From Candidatus Copromorpha sp. (lineage in GTDB: Bacteria > Bacillota > Clostridia > Peptostreptococcales > Anaerovoracaceae), in contig JBGUKV010000055.1 of the NCBI GenBank assembly GCA_045114655.1, forward strand, positions 1 through 48,837: a stretch of 48,837 nt of DNA. The letters run 5' to 3'. Shown here piece by piece: positions 16,975-27,257 of the stretch (positions within the stretch are counted from its first letter, which is position 1; each line of letters begins with the position of its first letter). The position numbers and the translations under genes were made by a program. The notes beneath the pieces were generated by a model, which searched no databases, was not told where the DNA came from, and saw only the letters and a list, made by a program, of their open reading frames with translations.

Positions 16975-18534
16975 TCAGCTTACGGCACGTTCAAGCCGCT
17001 TCAGGGCTAGCGCCATGGTGAGCCCCGGCAGGGTCCTGCTGCCCGTCACCTCGACACCCAGCAGTTCGTTGATCTTCTTGAGCCGGTACTGCACGGTGTT
17101 GGTATGGATGTCCATGATCTGCGCCGTCTTGCCTGTGCTCATGCCTGCGTCCAGCACAAAGGTCTCCAGAGTTTCCAGCAGCTGCTGCGCCTTGCTTCCT
17201 CCGCTCTGCCGGAACGGTTCCAGAAGCTCCGCGTAATTCTTATACACGAAACCACCCTGTATCTGGATGTTGATGCAGTTGTTCACCAGCGTCAGTTCAT
17301 ACTTGGTGAAGACCCTCTTGTACGGGAACACATTCTGGGCGAAGGTCCAGCTTTCGTTGATCAGCTTGTAGGCGTCACCCGCGCCTTCGATCCCGCTGAT
17401 GCCCGTCACATGAAAGATCCTCGCGGACCGGTTCTCCTTGAGTTTGGCAAACAGTCCGTTGCAGTCCGCCTGCAGGTCCCGGTCTTCCGCCGTGCCCTCC
17501 GTCTTCAAAATCATCCCGTAGGTCTCATCGCTCTCGGTGATGTGCATGACCTCAAGGTCCTTTTCCAGTTCGAACGCCGCAAACGCGCGGGATTCTTCTT
17601 CTTTCGGAATGCCTTTGCAGAAAAACACGCTGATGATATCGCCGCCTGCGATGCGCGACTCATCCTGCAGGTTGTAGGCCAAGGATTTGTTGCCGCGGAT
17701 CAACGCCTTGATAAAGTCGGACTTGGCGTCCCTCTCCGGCGTGTACTTCCACATGCCCATGGCCAGCTCTATGATCTCGGCGAGCTTCGTGATCTCGCCC
17801 GCCGTGTATACGTCCTCATTGTCCACGATGAACATGAAGTATTTCTCGTTTCCGATATTCACCGGACCCCAATAGGTCAGAACGCCGTTCACGTCGATCT
17901 GCGTGTAGACCTTGCCCGCGCTTCCGGCGAAGCTCTTCTCCCGGCCCAGGCGGATGGCGTCGGCGATGGTGGCCTTGTGCCTCGTCTCGACTGTGAGCAC
18001 CGGATTGAAATCTTCGCTCAGGATGATCAGTTGGAAATCGTTGTTGATCGCTGCCTCCCGCACCGCATCCGGAAAGCTGGAATGCCTTTCGAAATTCAGC
18101 AGATGGAACACCGTGTTGTTGATAAGGGAGTTGTTGAAATTCTCGCCATAGAGCACGCTGTCCATGATCCCGGCAATGGCTTCGTCATAAGTGACCTCCG
18201 GAGCCATGCGGATGAGAACCAGGCCCGCATCCGCTGCCGCCTGGATGACCTTGCTGTCGATATCCCGCGCAAAGAACACCGCCAGCGCCGGGCAGCCTCT
18301 GCGCGCGATGCGCTCCACGATCCTGCACTGTCTGGCAACGTCTTCCTTCGCCCCCAGAAATCCCGTCAGGAGCATCTCGTCCGTGCTGGCGCCGTACAGA
18401 TTCAGATCCTTTTCTTCGGCGCTGTCGAATACGGAAACAGAGCTCACATTACCTGTAAGCCCTTCTTCATGGGCGAGAACCTCCGCTCCCGCAAAAGCAT
18501 TCAGTTCGAGGCAGTCCTTCACTGTCAGTTTCAT
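16975..18534 (-). CDS. PucR/CdaR-family transcriptional regulator
   Basis: N-terminal PucR-like domain ([15 protein letters not shown]); C-terminal LLETL..F...[18 protein letters not shown]; ATGA overlap with ftsH stop. Confidence 0.85.
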   Translation of the reverse strand: MKLTVKDCLELNAFAGAEVLAHEEGLTGNVSSVSVFDSAEEKDLNLYGASTDEMLLTGFLGAKEDVARQCRIVERIARRGCPALAVFFARDIDSKVIQAAADAGLVLIRMAPEVTYDEAIAGIMDSVLYGENFNNSLINNTVFHLLNFERHSSFPDAVREAAINNDFQLIILSEDFNPVLTVETRHKATIADAIRLGREKSFAGSAGKVYTQIDVNGVLTYWGPVNIGNEKYFMFIVDNEDVYTAGEITKLAEIIELAMGMWKYTPERDAKSDFIKALIRGNKSLAYNLQDESRIAGGDIISVFFCKGIPKEEESRAFAAFELEKDLEVMHITESDETYGMILKTEGTAEDRDLQADCNGLFAKLKENRSARIFHVTGISGIEGAGDAYKLINESWTFAQNVFPYKRVFTKYELTLVNNCINIQIQGGFVYKNYAELLEPFRQSGGSKAQQLLETLETFVLDAGMSTGKTAQIMDIHTNTVQYRLKKINELLGVEVTGSRTLPGLTMALALKRLERAVS

Positions 18535-20942
18535 TCTTCGTCTTCCTCGTTCTTCTCCTCAGTCTCCTCTGATTCGGCCGCTTCGGTCTCTTCAGCGTCT
18601 TCATCCTCATCGGCCGCTTCAGTGTCTTCGGTCTCTTCGGCTTCGTCTGTTTCCTCAGCCTCTTCAGATTCCTCGGTCTCTTCGGCTTCGTCGGTCTTTT
18701 CGACCGGTTCGAAGTCCGCATCCGGTAGGGATTCTTCTGCCTTCGCTTCTTCGGTCTCTTCTTCGATCTCTTCTTCGGCCGGAGCTTCCTCCGCCATGTC
18801 TTCCATTGGTTCTTCCGCCGGTTCTTCCGCTGGTTCCTCTGTCTTTGGAGGTTTCTCTTTTTCGACCAGCGTCGGATCCTGCGTCATGTCATTGTAGGTC
18901 ATGATCCTCGGCTTGAACTTGGCTTTGCCGCCCTGTTTTTCTATCATTTCGGACAATTCGTCCAGCTTCTCCTGTTCCCGTCTGAGCGCCTCCTCCTTGG
19001 CCTTCTGTTCGGCTTCCCTCGCTTCCTGTCTTCTCTTCCTGGCGGCTGCTTTTGCTTCTTCCTTGTCCTTGACCTTCTGTTCTTTTTTTGCCGCAGCGAA
19101 CTCTTCCCCCAGTTCCTTCGGGGTCTTTTCACCGTCGAACAGGGCTCTGAACTGATCGCCGTCGAGGGTCTCGATCTCAAGCAGTCCTTCTGCGACAGCC
19201 TTCAGCTGGTCGATGTGCTCTTCCAGAATGGTGATGGCTGCGTCATAGGCCTCTTCAACGATCGCCTTGACTTCCTCGTCGATTTCGTTTGCCGTCTCTT
19301 CAGAGTAAGCCTGCTTGGATGTGAAGTCTTTGCCCAGGAAGACCTCGTCGGAGGAGCTGTAGTTGACCGGTCCCAGCTTCTCGCTGAAGCCGTACTTGGT
19401 CACCATCTCTCTGGCGATATCCGTTGCTCTCTGGATGTCGTTGGAAGCGCCCGTGCTGATATCGTCGAGAGTAAGCTTCTCAGCAGCACGCCCGCCGAGC
19501 AGATGGATGATCTGCTCCCGCATTTCTTCCTTGGTTCCGTAGTACTTGTCTTCCTTCGGCAGGATCATGGTGAATCCGCCGGCCCTGCCTCTCGGAATGA
19601 TCGTGATCTGGTGCACCGGATCGGATTTCGGCAGGCAGTGGGCAACGACTGCGTGACCCGCTTCGTGGTATGCGGTCAGCTTGCGTTCGTCCTCGCTGAT
19701 GACTCTGCTCTTCTTCTCCGGTCCCGCGATGACCTTCGTGATGGCTTCTTCGATTTCCTCCATCCGGATCACCATGCCGTTTCTGCGCGCGGCCAAAAGC
19801 GCCGCTTCGTTGAGCATGTTCTCGATATCCGCCGGGGTGAATCCCGGTGTCCGTCTCGCCAGCACCTTCGGGTCGACCCCTTCTGCCAGCGGCTTGTTGC
19901 GCGAGTGGACCTTGAAAATCTCTTCTCTTCCCGTAATGTCCGGAATGCCGATGACGATCTGTCTGTCAAAGCGTCCCGGTCTGAGCAGCGCCGGATCCAA
20001 TACGTCCGGACGGTTCGTCGCCGCCAGGATGATGATGCCCGAGTTCTCAGCGAAGCCGTCCATCTCAACGAGGAGCTGGTTCAGGGTCTGCTCTCTTTCG
20101 TCGTGACCGCCGCCAAGTCCTGCGCCTCTCTTACGACCGACTGCGTCGATCTCATCGATGAACACGATGCACGGCGCGTTTTTCTTAGCCTGATCAAACA
20201 GGTCTCTGACTCTTGACGCGCCCACGCCGACGAACATCTCCACAAAGTCGGAGCCGCTGATGGTGAAGAACGGAACGCCTGCTTCACCGGCGGTTGCTTT
20301 TGAAATATATGTTTTACCGGTTCCCGGAGGACCCACGAGCAGGATGCCCTTCGGGATCCTCGCGCCAAGACTGTTGTACTTGGCCGGATGTTTCAGGAAA
20401 TCTACGATCTCCTCCAGTTCTTCCTTCTCTTCCTTAAGACCGGCAACGTCCTTGAACGTGATCTTCTTCAGGTCTTCCTGCTTGGCCAGCTTGGCCCTTG
20501 ATTTGCCGAAGGCCATTGCCTTGCCCCCGCCGCCGTTCTGCCGCATGATGAATACGAAAAACGCGACCATGATGCCGATCATCAGCAGTGTCGGCAGAAG
20601 CGTGAGCCATATGGACTCCTGTTTCGGCGGGTCACTGTCCAGTTTGAGCGTCCCCGCGTCGACCTGCGGGATGATGTACTGTTCATAAATGAAGCTCAGA
20701 TCGACTGCGCTGTTGACATAAGCGTAGACGATGCCCCCATCCTGAAGCTTGGCCGTCAGTTTCGTCTCTGTGACATTGATGCTCTCGACTTCGTTTGCCT
20801 TCAGGTGAGCGATCATCGTCGAAGTTTTGATCTGCTTCATTCCCTGATCGCCGTCTGAATTGAAGAACCAGAAGAACCCCAATACGACCGCGAAAATCAG
20901 GATATAAATGATGATGTTTTTCCCTAATCTTCCTCTGTTCAA
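18531..20942 (-). CDS. ftsH: ATP-dependent zinc metalloprotease FtsH with long acidic C-terminal tail
   Basis: Two TMs, Walker A GPPGTGKT, Walker [24 protein letters not shown]; TTG start after GGAGG. Confidence 0.97.
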   Translation of the reverse strand: MNRGRLGKNIIIYILIFAVVLGFFWFFNSDGDQGMKQIKTSTMIAHLKANEVESINVTETKLTAKLQDGGIVYAYVNSAVDLSFIYEQYIIPQVDAGTLKLDSDPPKQESIWLTLLPTLLMIGIMVAFFVFIMRQNGGGGKAMAFGKSRAKLAKQEDLKKITFKDVAGLKEEKEELEEIVDFLKHPAKYNSLGARIPKGILLVGPPGTGKTYISKATAGEAGVPFFTISGSDFVEMFVGVGASRVRDLFDQAKKNAPCIVFIDEIDAVGRKRGAGLGGGHDEREQTLNQLLVEMDGFAENSGIIILAATNRPDVLDPALLRPGRFDRQIVIGIPDITGREEIFKVHSRNKPLAEGVDPKVLARRTPGFTPADIENMLNEAALLAARRNGMVIRMEEIEEAITKVIAGPEKKSRVISEDERKLTAYHEAGHAVVAHCLPKSDPVHQITIIPRGRAGGFTMILPKEDKYYGTKEEMREQIIHLLGGRAAEKLTLDDISTGASNDIQRATDIAREMVTKYGFSEKLGPVNYSSSDEVFLGKDFTSKQAYSEETANEIDEEVKAIVEEAYDAAITILEEHIDQLKAVAEGLLEIETLDGDQFRALFDGEKTPKELGEEFAAAKKEQKVKDKEEAKAAARKRRQEAREAEQKAKEEALRREQEKLDELSEMIEKQGGKAKFKPRIMTYNDMTQDPTLVEKEKPPKTEEPAEEPAEEPMEDMAEEAPAEEEIEEETEEAKAEESLPDADFEPVEKTDEAEETEESEEAEETDEAEETEDTEAADEDEDAEETEAAESEETEEKNEEDEE

Positions 20943-21075
20943 ATTATTATGTCCTCCATGTTATTTCTCTGCGGAGCCGTCTGCGGCATCCGCTTGCACT
21001 ACCCCTTGCTTTGTTACGCCTTTGTTGTTTCTTTGTTGTTAACGTACAAATTAGCATGTTATTTTATCATGAAAA

Positions 21076-22185
21076 TTATACTTTCATCAACAAAAATCTG
21101 ACCGTTCCTTTACCGACGCGCAGCAGATATCCGTGCGGAAATTCCACGGTCTTGCCGCCGGTCTTCCCCAGGATGATCTTGTCGGCGGCGACGAGACGCT
21201 CCGCTGTAATGTCCTGCGTCAGGCCAATCTCGCCGAAGGCCTTCAGAACGATCCTGTGACGCAGCGCTTCATGGCATTCGGCCAGTCCTCGCCAGTCGAG
21301 GACGATTGCCGCATCTGTTTCCGGATCCGCTTCTGATTTCGATGCCGCCGGCATACGCAGCCGCCCATACGCCTGCGCTGTCTCCTCCCAGAAGTATGCC
21401 TTGTCCGCCGCGGCGATTTTCGCCATGCGGATCAGTCCCTCCCGGAAATTCGTATTGTATTTTTCTTCGATATATGGAATCAGATCCAGTCTGATTTTGT
21501 TCCTTGTGTAGAGCTCTTCGCTGTTCGTGTGATCCGTGACGGGCTGCAGCTCCATCGCGCTGCAGTATTCCTCAACGTCCTCCCGCCGCACATCAAGCAA
21601 AGGCCGGATGATCCGGTATGTGCCGCCCGGTTCGCCTTCACCGCCGGGGCGCTTCTCCTCGCGCATGTACGCCATGCCTGCCAGACCGTCCATACCCGTA
21701 CCGCGCAGGATCCGGAACAGTACTGTCTCCGCCTGATCGTCCGCGTTGTGACCGACCGCGATCTTCACGCTGCTGCGCAATGGACTTCCGCAAACTGCGC
21801 CCTCACCGCCGCAAGTGTTCGCGACTTCCGCAGCCACCTGCCAGAACGCATCGTACCTGGCCTTCCGTCCGGCTTCCTCGCTTGTCATGCCAAGCTGCTC
21901 TGCCAGTCCATTGCAGTCCACCGTAAACACATGGGCTTCCAGCCCGGCGCCTGCGCAGAGTCTTTCCACGTAATCCTGATCTGCCTCCGCCGCGCCCGGC
22001 CTAAGCCGGTGGTTAACGTGCACCGGATGGATGGTCAGGTCCATCTCTTCCTTGAGTTTAAGAAGCACGTGAAACAGGCAAACCGAATCGGGTCCTCCCG
22101 ACAGGCCGATCACGATATGGTCACCCTTCTCTATCAGATTGTGCTCGCAGATCGTCTCCCGGATCTGCTTCTCTGCCCTTCGCAT
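21076..22185 (-). CDS. tilS: tRNA(Ile)-lysidine synthetase (short form)
   Basis: SGGPDS PP-loop, HVNH.LR, R.ARY, H..DDQAET, IRPLL, D.TN...Y.RN.IR. Confidence 0.93.
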   Translation of the reverse strand: MRRAEKQIRETICEHNLIEKGDHIVIGLSGGPDSVCLFHVLLKLKEEMDLTIHPVHVNHRLRPGAAEADQDYVERLCAGAGLEAHVFTVDCNGLAEQLGMTSEEAGRKARYDAFWQVAAEVANTCGGEGAVCGSPLRSSVKIAVGHNADDQAETVLFRILRGTGMDGLAGMAYMREEKRPGGEGEPGGTYRIIRPLLDVRREDVEEYCSAMELQPVTDHTNSEELYTRNKIRLDLIPYIEEKYNTNFREGLIRMAKIAAADKAYFWEETAQAYGRLRMPAASKSEADPETDAAIVLDWRGLAECHEALRHRIVLKAFGEIGLTQDITAERLVAADKIILGKTGGKTVEFPHGYLLRVGKGTVRFLLMKV

Positions 22186-22197
22186 TGTTTCTGTTCC

Positions 22198-23223
22198 CTA
22201 CTCCGGTTTCTTTTTCATGCACTTGACGACCCGGTCGCGTCCTGCCAGGTCGTGTATAATTTCCGGTACGCTGTACCTTCCGGTATCCATGATCATCTTG
22301 CGGAGCGCTTCTCCCTGATCGAAACCGATCTCCAGGAACAGCCATCCTCCGCTCTTCAGATAATTGTGCGCATCGGCGATGATCCTTCTATAGTAATCCA
22401 GCCCGTCTTCGCCGCCGTCCAGAGCCAGCATCGGCTCGTGGCTTTTGACTTCTTCCTGCAGCACCGCAATGGAACTGCGCTTGATATAGGGCGGATTGCT
22501 CGCGATCATGTCAAACCTCTGCACACGGGATCCCTTCCCCTGCAGCCTGGACGGCCACAGCGGCCTGCCCGAACTGCCCTCTCCGGAACTGTCTGCTGCA
22601 GGGTCCGCTTTTGGGTCCATCTGGTCGCCGGATTTGACCGCCGTGAACAGATCGCCGCATACAAACTCAATGTCGACGCGGTTCTTCCGCGCGTTCTCGC
22701 TTGCCACAGCGAGCGCTTCCCTGCTGACATCCGATGCGGTGACAGAGATATCCTCGCAGATCTTCGCCAGAGAAACGCCGATGACGCCGCTGCCGCAGCA
22801 AAGATCCAGCACATCGTATTCCAGCGGGGAGCTGAACATCCGGAAAAGCTTACCGCGCTTTTGTGCTTTTGCATGGGCTGCGCTTTTGCGTTCATCGATC
22901 AGCGTCCGGGCAGCTTCCGTCACCAGGACCTCTGTCTCCTGCCGCGGGATCAGCACCTCCGGGCTGACTTTGAACTCGAAGCCCATGAACTCCTGCGTGC
23001 CTGTAATATGCTGCAAAGGCACCCGCGCCGCTCTTGTATCGATCAGCTTGAAATACGCTTCCTCGGTCTCCTTGTCGGCCTCCTGTTCTTTGTTCAGGAA
23101 CAAAACGACTCTGTCGCATCCCTTCAGGAAGCAGTACAACTCTTCCGAATCGACGCGCGCGTCCATGACGCCCGCCTTCGACAGTCTGTATTCGCCTTCT
23201 TTAATCAGAACTCTTGTCTTCAT
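22198..23223 (-). CDS. prmC: Release factor glutamine methyltransferase PrmC/HemK
   Basis: PLQHITG, LIPRQETE, LDLCCGSG, SNPPY, ALDGGEDGLD.Y, D.AGRDR. Confidence 0.93.
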   Translation of the reverse strand: MKTRVLIKEGEYRLSKAGVMDARVDSEELYCFLKGCDRVVLFLNKEQEADKETEEAYFKLIDTRAARVPLQHITGTQEFMGFEFKVSPEVLIPRQETEVLVTEAARTLIDERKSAAHAKAQKRGKLFRMFSSPLEYDVLDLCCGSGVIGVSLAKICEDISVTASDVSREALAVASENARKNRVDIEFVCGDLFTAVKSGDQMDPKADPAADSSGEGSSGRPLWPSRLQGKGSRVQRFDMIASNPPYIKRSSIAVLQEEVKSHEPMLALDGGEDGLDYYRRIIADAHNYLKSGGWLFLEIGFDQGEALRKMIMDTGRYSVPEIIHDLAGRDRVVKCMKKKPE

Positions 23224-23245
23224 CTATCTTATATTTGCTATCCTT

Positions 23246-24304
23246 CTATCTTCCGAGCTCCCACACGTGGGGGTACTCGTATCTTGTTTCTTCTTTGATT
23301 GTATATTTCCGCGGCGGTGTATCGTCGCACACGGCTTTGACGGCCTCGATCGCGACCTCCAGCATCTCATCGTCAGGCTCCGCAGTAGTGATCTTCTGCA
23401 GCCACAGACCAGGCATACTGAGTATTTTGACTACCCAGTTGTCGCTTCTTCCCGCCCACTTCAGGAGCTCATAGGAAAGCCCCGCGATCACAGGAAGCAA
23501 AAGCAGTCTGGTCACAATCCGGACCCAAAGCACAGGCCAACCCAGCAGAACATGGCAGGCAAGCGCAATGATAAATACGAACATGAGAAAACTCGTCCCG
23601 CAACGCGGGTGCAGGGTCGGGTACTGTCTGCACTCTTCCACTGTCAGGCCCTTCAGATCCGGCATTGCGGAAGCGCCGCCATCACCTTCACCGCCGCTTT
23701 GCCGCGGCAGGTTTTCGAAGGCGTGGATGGTTTTGTGCTCCGCGCCGTGGAACCGGAAGACCCGCTTCATGTCCGGCATGAAAGACACGGCCCAGATGTA
23801 GCCGATGAACAGGGCGATCCGGAGCAGTCCCTCCACCAGGTTGATCCAGATGACGTTGGTCGTCACCAGTTTGGCGATCGACGCCACCCAGGTCGGCAGC
23901 AGGATGAACACGCCGATCGAAAAGGCCAGCGCGATAACAACCGAAAAAGTGATCAGGAGTTTCCAAAGCGCCTCGCTGCCGAATTTCTTTTCAAACCAAA
24001 GCTCAAATTTGCCGGGCTCGTACTCTTCGTCGTCGTACTCTTCCAGGATGTTTGCCGAATCCATCAGCGTCTTCGTTCCGTACACGAGAGAATCGACAAA
24101 CGCCACAACGCCCCGCAGGAGCGGGATCTTCATCCACTTCCCGTAGGTCTTCGTCTTCTTTGTTTCGATTTCGATATTGCCGCCCGGAACACGCACCGCG
24201 AGGGCGGTCTTCTTCTCGCCCTTCATCATAATGCCTTCCATGACGGCCTGTCCTCCCATCTTCGTAGGACAGGCTTCCTTGATAAAAATCTTCTTCAGGT
24301 CCAT
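23246..24304 (-). CDS. DUF1385-family membrane protein
   Basis: GGQAVMEGIMM, P.LRG, FHGAEHK, HPRCGTSF, PGLWLQ..TT.EP; usual prmC neighbour. Confidence 0.88.
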   Translation of the reverse strand: MDLKKIFIKEACPTKMGGQAVMEGIMMKGEKKTALAVRVPGGNIEIETKKTKTYGKWMKIPLLRGVVAFVDSLVYGTKTLMDSANILEEYDDEEYEPGKFELWFEKKFGSEALWKLLITFSVVIALAFSIGVFILLPTWVASIAKLVTTNVIWINLVEGLLRIALFIGYIWAVSFMPDMKRVFRFHGAEHKTIHAFENLPRQSGGEGDGGASAMPDLKGLTVEECRQYPTLHPRCGTSFLMFVFIIALACHVLLGWPVLWVRIVTRLLLLPVIAGLSYELLKWAGRSDNWVVKILSMPGLWLQKITTAEPDDEMLEVAIEAVKAVCDDTPPRKYTIKEETRYEYPHVWELGR

Positions 24305-24343
24305 CTAACAGGTCCGTTTATTCTCTTACTAAATTGAATTTTC

Positions 24344-26062
24344 TTATTTGAATCTTACTTTCTGTATCACTTCAATGAATGTCTGGTTGTCCCTTGTCAT
24401 CTGCAGGTTGTCCAGGATCGCTTCTGTCGCTTCCATATTGTCTCTGCCGCCAAGGGCTCTTCTCATGGCCCATACAGCCTGCATCTCATCCTGGTTCATA
24501 AGCAGGTCTTCACGCCGCGTTCCGGATTTCGCCAGGTCGATGGCCGGGAAGATTCTCTTCTCGGACAGTCTTCTGTCGAGGAACAGTTCCATGTTGCCGG
24601 TGCCCTTGAACTCCTCGTAGATCAGGTCGTCCATGCGGCTTCCGGTCTCAACCAGAGCCGTGGCCAGGATCGTTACGCTGCCGCCTTCCTCCAGTTTACG
24701 CGCGGCGCCGAAGAACTTCTTCGGCTTGTGCAGCGCACCCGGATCAAAACCGCCGCTGAGGGTCTTGCCGGATGGCGGCACGACCAGGTTGTATGCACGG
24801 GCAAGACGGGTGATGCTGTCCAGCAGGACCACAACGTCGCGGCCTTGCTCGGCCAATCTCTGCGCCCGGCCAAGGACCATCTCGGCGACCTTGACATGAT
24901 GCTGCGGCATCTCATCAAAGGTGGAGTAGATGACCTCGCTCTTTTCGTTGATCAGGCTGCGCTTGAAATCTGTGACTTCCTCCGGTCTCTCATCGACCAG
25001 AAGAACGATCATCTCGACTTCCGGATAGTGCTTCTCGATGCTGTTGGCGATCTTCTTCAGAAGCACTGTCTTTCCTGCCTTCGGCGGGGCGACGATCAGG
25101 CCTCTCTGACCCTTGCCGATCGGCGCGATCAGGTCGATGATCCGCAGGCTCAGTTCATGCCTGCCGTCCTCCATGACCAGTTTCTCATTCGGGAAAATCG
25201 GCGTCAGCCGGTTGAAGTCCGGACGGCGGATGGCCGCACCGGGTTCCTCGTCATTGACGCTCACCACATACAGCAGCGCGCCGAATTTGGCGTCGCCCTT
25301 CGGCGGCCGGCAGATACCCTTGACCTTGTCGCCTGTCTTAAGATTGAATCTTCTGATCTGGGCAGGCGCCACGTAAATATCTTTATCACTCGTCAGGAAA
25401 TTGTTGAACCGCAGGAATCCGAATCCGTCATCGGCCATGTCCAGAATGCCCTCTGCCTCATAGCGGTCGTCTTTGTCCGGAACCACCTGGTCCTGCGCCT
25501 TGTCGCCTCTGCGGTTATCGCCCTTTCGGCCGTCGCCTCTGCGGTTATCGCCGCGGCCGCGTCTTCTGTGCCTTGGCTGCTCCGCCTGTTCTTCGGCTGC
25601 CGGCTCGGCTGCCGGCTCTTCCGCGGTCACTGCTGGTTCCGCTGGTTCGGCGTCCGTTTTGGTCGGTTCGGCGGCAGGCTCTTCCGCGGTCGCTGCCTGT
25701 TCCGCTGGCGGTGCGGCGTGCTCGGCAGTCCGCACTTCTGCCGGCTCCGCAGCCTGCTCGGCGACTGCCGGTTCTTCTGCAGGTGCTTCTGCAGGTTCTT
25801 CGGCCGGCTTTTTTGCGGCCCTTTTCTTTTTCGTGTTCTTCCGTGTCACAGACGTCTGCTTTTTCGCAGCCTTCTGTTCAGCCGGTTTCTTCTCCGCAGC
25901 TTTTTCGTCCGCTGCCGGCTTCTCCTCATCGATCATGAGCGCAGCAACAAGCTCGGCCTTCCGCATCTTCTGATAATCTTTCAGACCGAAGGTCTTTGCA
26001 ATTTCCTTAAGCTCAGCTACTTTTTTCGACTTTAAAGTAGCCTCGTCCATTGTTTTCCACAT
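24344..26062 (-). CDS. rho: Transcription termination factor Rho with large N-terminal insertion
   Basis: Rho_N helix, [52 protein letters not shown]; start may alternatively be 26050. Confidence 0.96.
   Translation of the reverse strand: MWKTMDEATLKSKKVAELKEIAKTFGLKDYQKMRKAELVAALMIDEEKPAADEKAAEKKPAEQKAAKKQTSVTRKNTKKKRAAKKPAEEPAEAPAEEPAVAEQAAEPAEVRTAEHAAPPAEQAATAEEPAAEPTKTDAEPAEPAVTAEEPAAEPAAEEQAEQPRHRRRGRGDNRRGDGRKGDNRRGDKAQDQVVPDKDDRYEAEGILDMADDGFGFLRFNNFLTSDKDIYVAPAQIRRFNLKTGDKVKGICRPPKGDAKFGALLYVVSVNDEEPGAAIRRPDFNRLTPIFPNEKLVMEDGRHELSLRIIDLIAPIGKGQRGLIVAPPKAGKTVLLKKIANSIEKHYPEVEMIVLLVDERPEEVTDFKRSLINEKSEVIYSTFDEMPQHHVKVAEMVLGRAQRLAEQGRDVVVLLDSITRLARAYNLVVPPSGKTLSGGFDPGALHKPKKFFGAARKLEEGGSVTILATALVETGSRMDDLIYEEFKGTGNMELFLDRRLSEKRIFPAIDLAKSGTRREDLLMNQDEMQAVWAMRRALGGRDNMEATEAILDNLQMTRDNQTFIEVIQKVRFK
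25502..25552. repeat. 21-bp direct repeat with 30-bp period inside the rho insertion (encodes GDNRRGD)
   Basis: GTCGCCTCTGCGGTTATCGCC at 25502 and 25532. Confidence 0.85.
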
Positions 26063-26171
26063 ACTAAGAGTCCTTTCAGAATAAAACAGATGGGTTGAAT
26101 GGGATTATTTAATAGATTTAACGCGTATATATTACACCAAAGACCGTGCAATTGCCAATACAAATTATTAC

Positions 26172-26214
26172 AAAAAGAGACCGCCGCGGGCGCGTCGTCC
26201 TGCAGGCGGTCTCT
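26172..26214 (-). terminator. Intrinsic terminator of hbd
   Basis: AGAGACCGCC...GGCGGTCTCT stem followed by a T run on the minus strand. Confidence 0.75.
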
Positions 26215-26235
26215 GATGTGTAAATGTATTCGATC

Positions 26236-27084
26236 TTATTTGCTGTAATCGAAGAATCCAACGCCGGTCTTCATTCCCAGCTTGTTCGCTCTTACCATCT
26301 TTCTCAGCAGCGGATTCGGTCTGTACTTCGGATCACCGTATTCATTGAACAGTGTTTCCATGATTGCCAGGCAGACGTCCAGTCCGATCAGGTCGCCCAG
26401 TGCGAGAGGTCCCATCGGGTGGTTTGCGCCGAGCTTCATTGCTGTGTCGATGCCCTCTGCGGAAGCAACGCCGTCAGCCAGGATACCAACTGCTTCATTG
26501 ATCATCGGGATCAGAACTCTGTTGACAACGAATCCCGGAGCCTCAGCTACTTCTACCGGAGTCTTCTTCAGGCTCTCTGTTGCTGCGATGACCGCGTCCT
26601 TGACTTCATCGGAAGTTGCGATGCCCTTAACGACCTCGACCAGCTTCATTGCCGGAACCGGGTTGAAGAAGTGCATGCCGATGACCTGTGCCGGTCTGGA
26701 TGTAACAGCCGCGATCTCTGTGATGGAGAGTGCGGATGTGTTGGTTGCCAGGATCGCGTCGTCCTTGCAGACCTTGTCCAGCTCTGCGAACAGTTCCTTT
26801 TTCTTATCCATGTTCTCTGTGGAAGACTCGATGATCAGATCACAGTCTGCCAGAACATCAAAGGTGGTACCGCCGGAGATCCTTCCCAGTGTAGCAGCCT
26901 TGTCATCCTCGGTGATCTTCTCTCTGGAGACCATCTTGGTCAGGTTCTTGTCGATCTTTGCCAGAGCGCCGTCAATATACTCCTGCTTGCTGCTTCTGAC
27001 GACTACATCATAGCCAGCTGCCGCACATACCTGAATGATGCCGGATCCCATTGTACCTGTTCCCATAACGCCAATTTTCTTCAT
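26236..27084 (-). CDS. hbd: 3-hydroxybutyryl-CoA dehydrogenase
   Basis: G.GTMGSGI Rossmann motif, [35 protein letters not shown]; RBS AAGGAGG. Confidence 0.95.
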   Translation of the reverse strand: MKKIGVMGTGTMGSGIIQVCAAAGYDVVVRSSKQEYIDGALAKIDKNLTKMVSREKITEDDKAATLGRISGGTTFDVLADCDLIIESSTENMDKKKELFAELDKVCKDDAILATNTSALSITEIAAVTSRPAQVIGMHFFNPVPAMKLVEVVKGIATSDEVKDAVIAATESLKKTPVEVAEAPGFVVNRVLIPMINEAVGILADGVASAEGIDTAMKLGANHPMGPLALGDLIGLDVCLAIMETLFNEYGDPKYRPNPLLRKMVRANKLGMKTGVGFFDYSK

Positions 27085-27114
27085 AATATTTTCCTCCTTA
27101 GCCAATCATTAAGA

Positions 27115-27176
27115 TTGTTAAAATATTAACTCTTTGAGTGCTAAATCATTATATAACGCGCTCCAGCCTTTGTAAA
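27115..27176 (-). promoter_or_regulatory. hbd promoter (TTTACA-N17-TATAAT) with downstream putative Rex operator
   Basis: -35 27171-27176, -10 27148-27153; TTGTTAA-AATA-TTAACTC at 27115-27132. Confidence 0.65.
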
Positions 27177-27257
27177 GACCTTCGCGTGGTAAACAATTTT
27201 TTAACAAGCGTCATATCGCTTTTGACGCAAAATCTTCCCGCTCCGCAAAGGTCCTCT

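Noticed and set aside
10983-21790. Shared 11-mer ATGGACTTCCG in the dusB and tilS insertions
   Set aside because: Too short, flanks do not align, and it simply encodes Gly-Ser-Pro; not evidence of a common element
17104-26035. Long plus-strand ORFs (17104-18897, 21529-23298, 22496-24337, 24728-26035)
   Set aside because: Antisense shadows of pucR/ftsH, tilS, prmC, DUF1385 and rho; no recognisable motifs; expected from GC-rich codon bias
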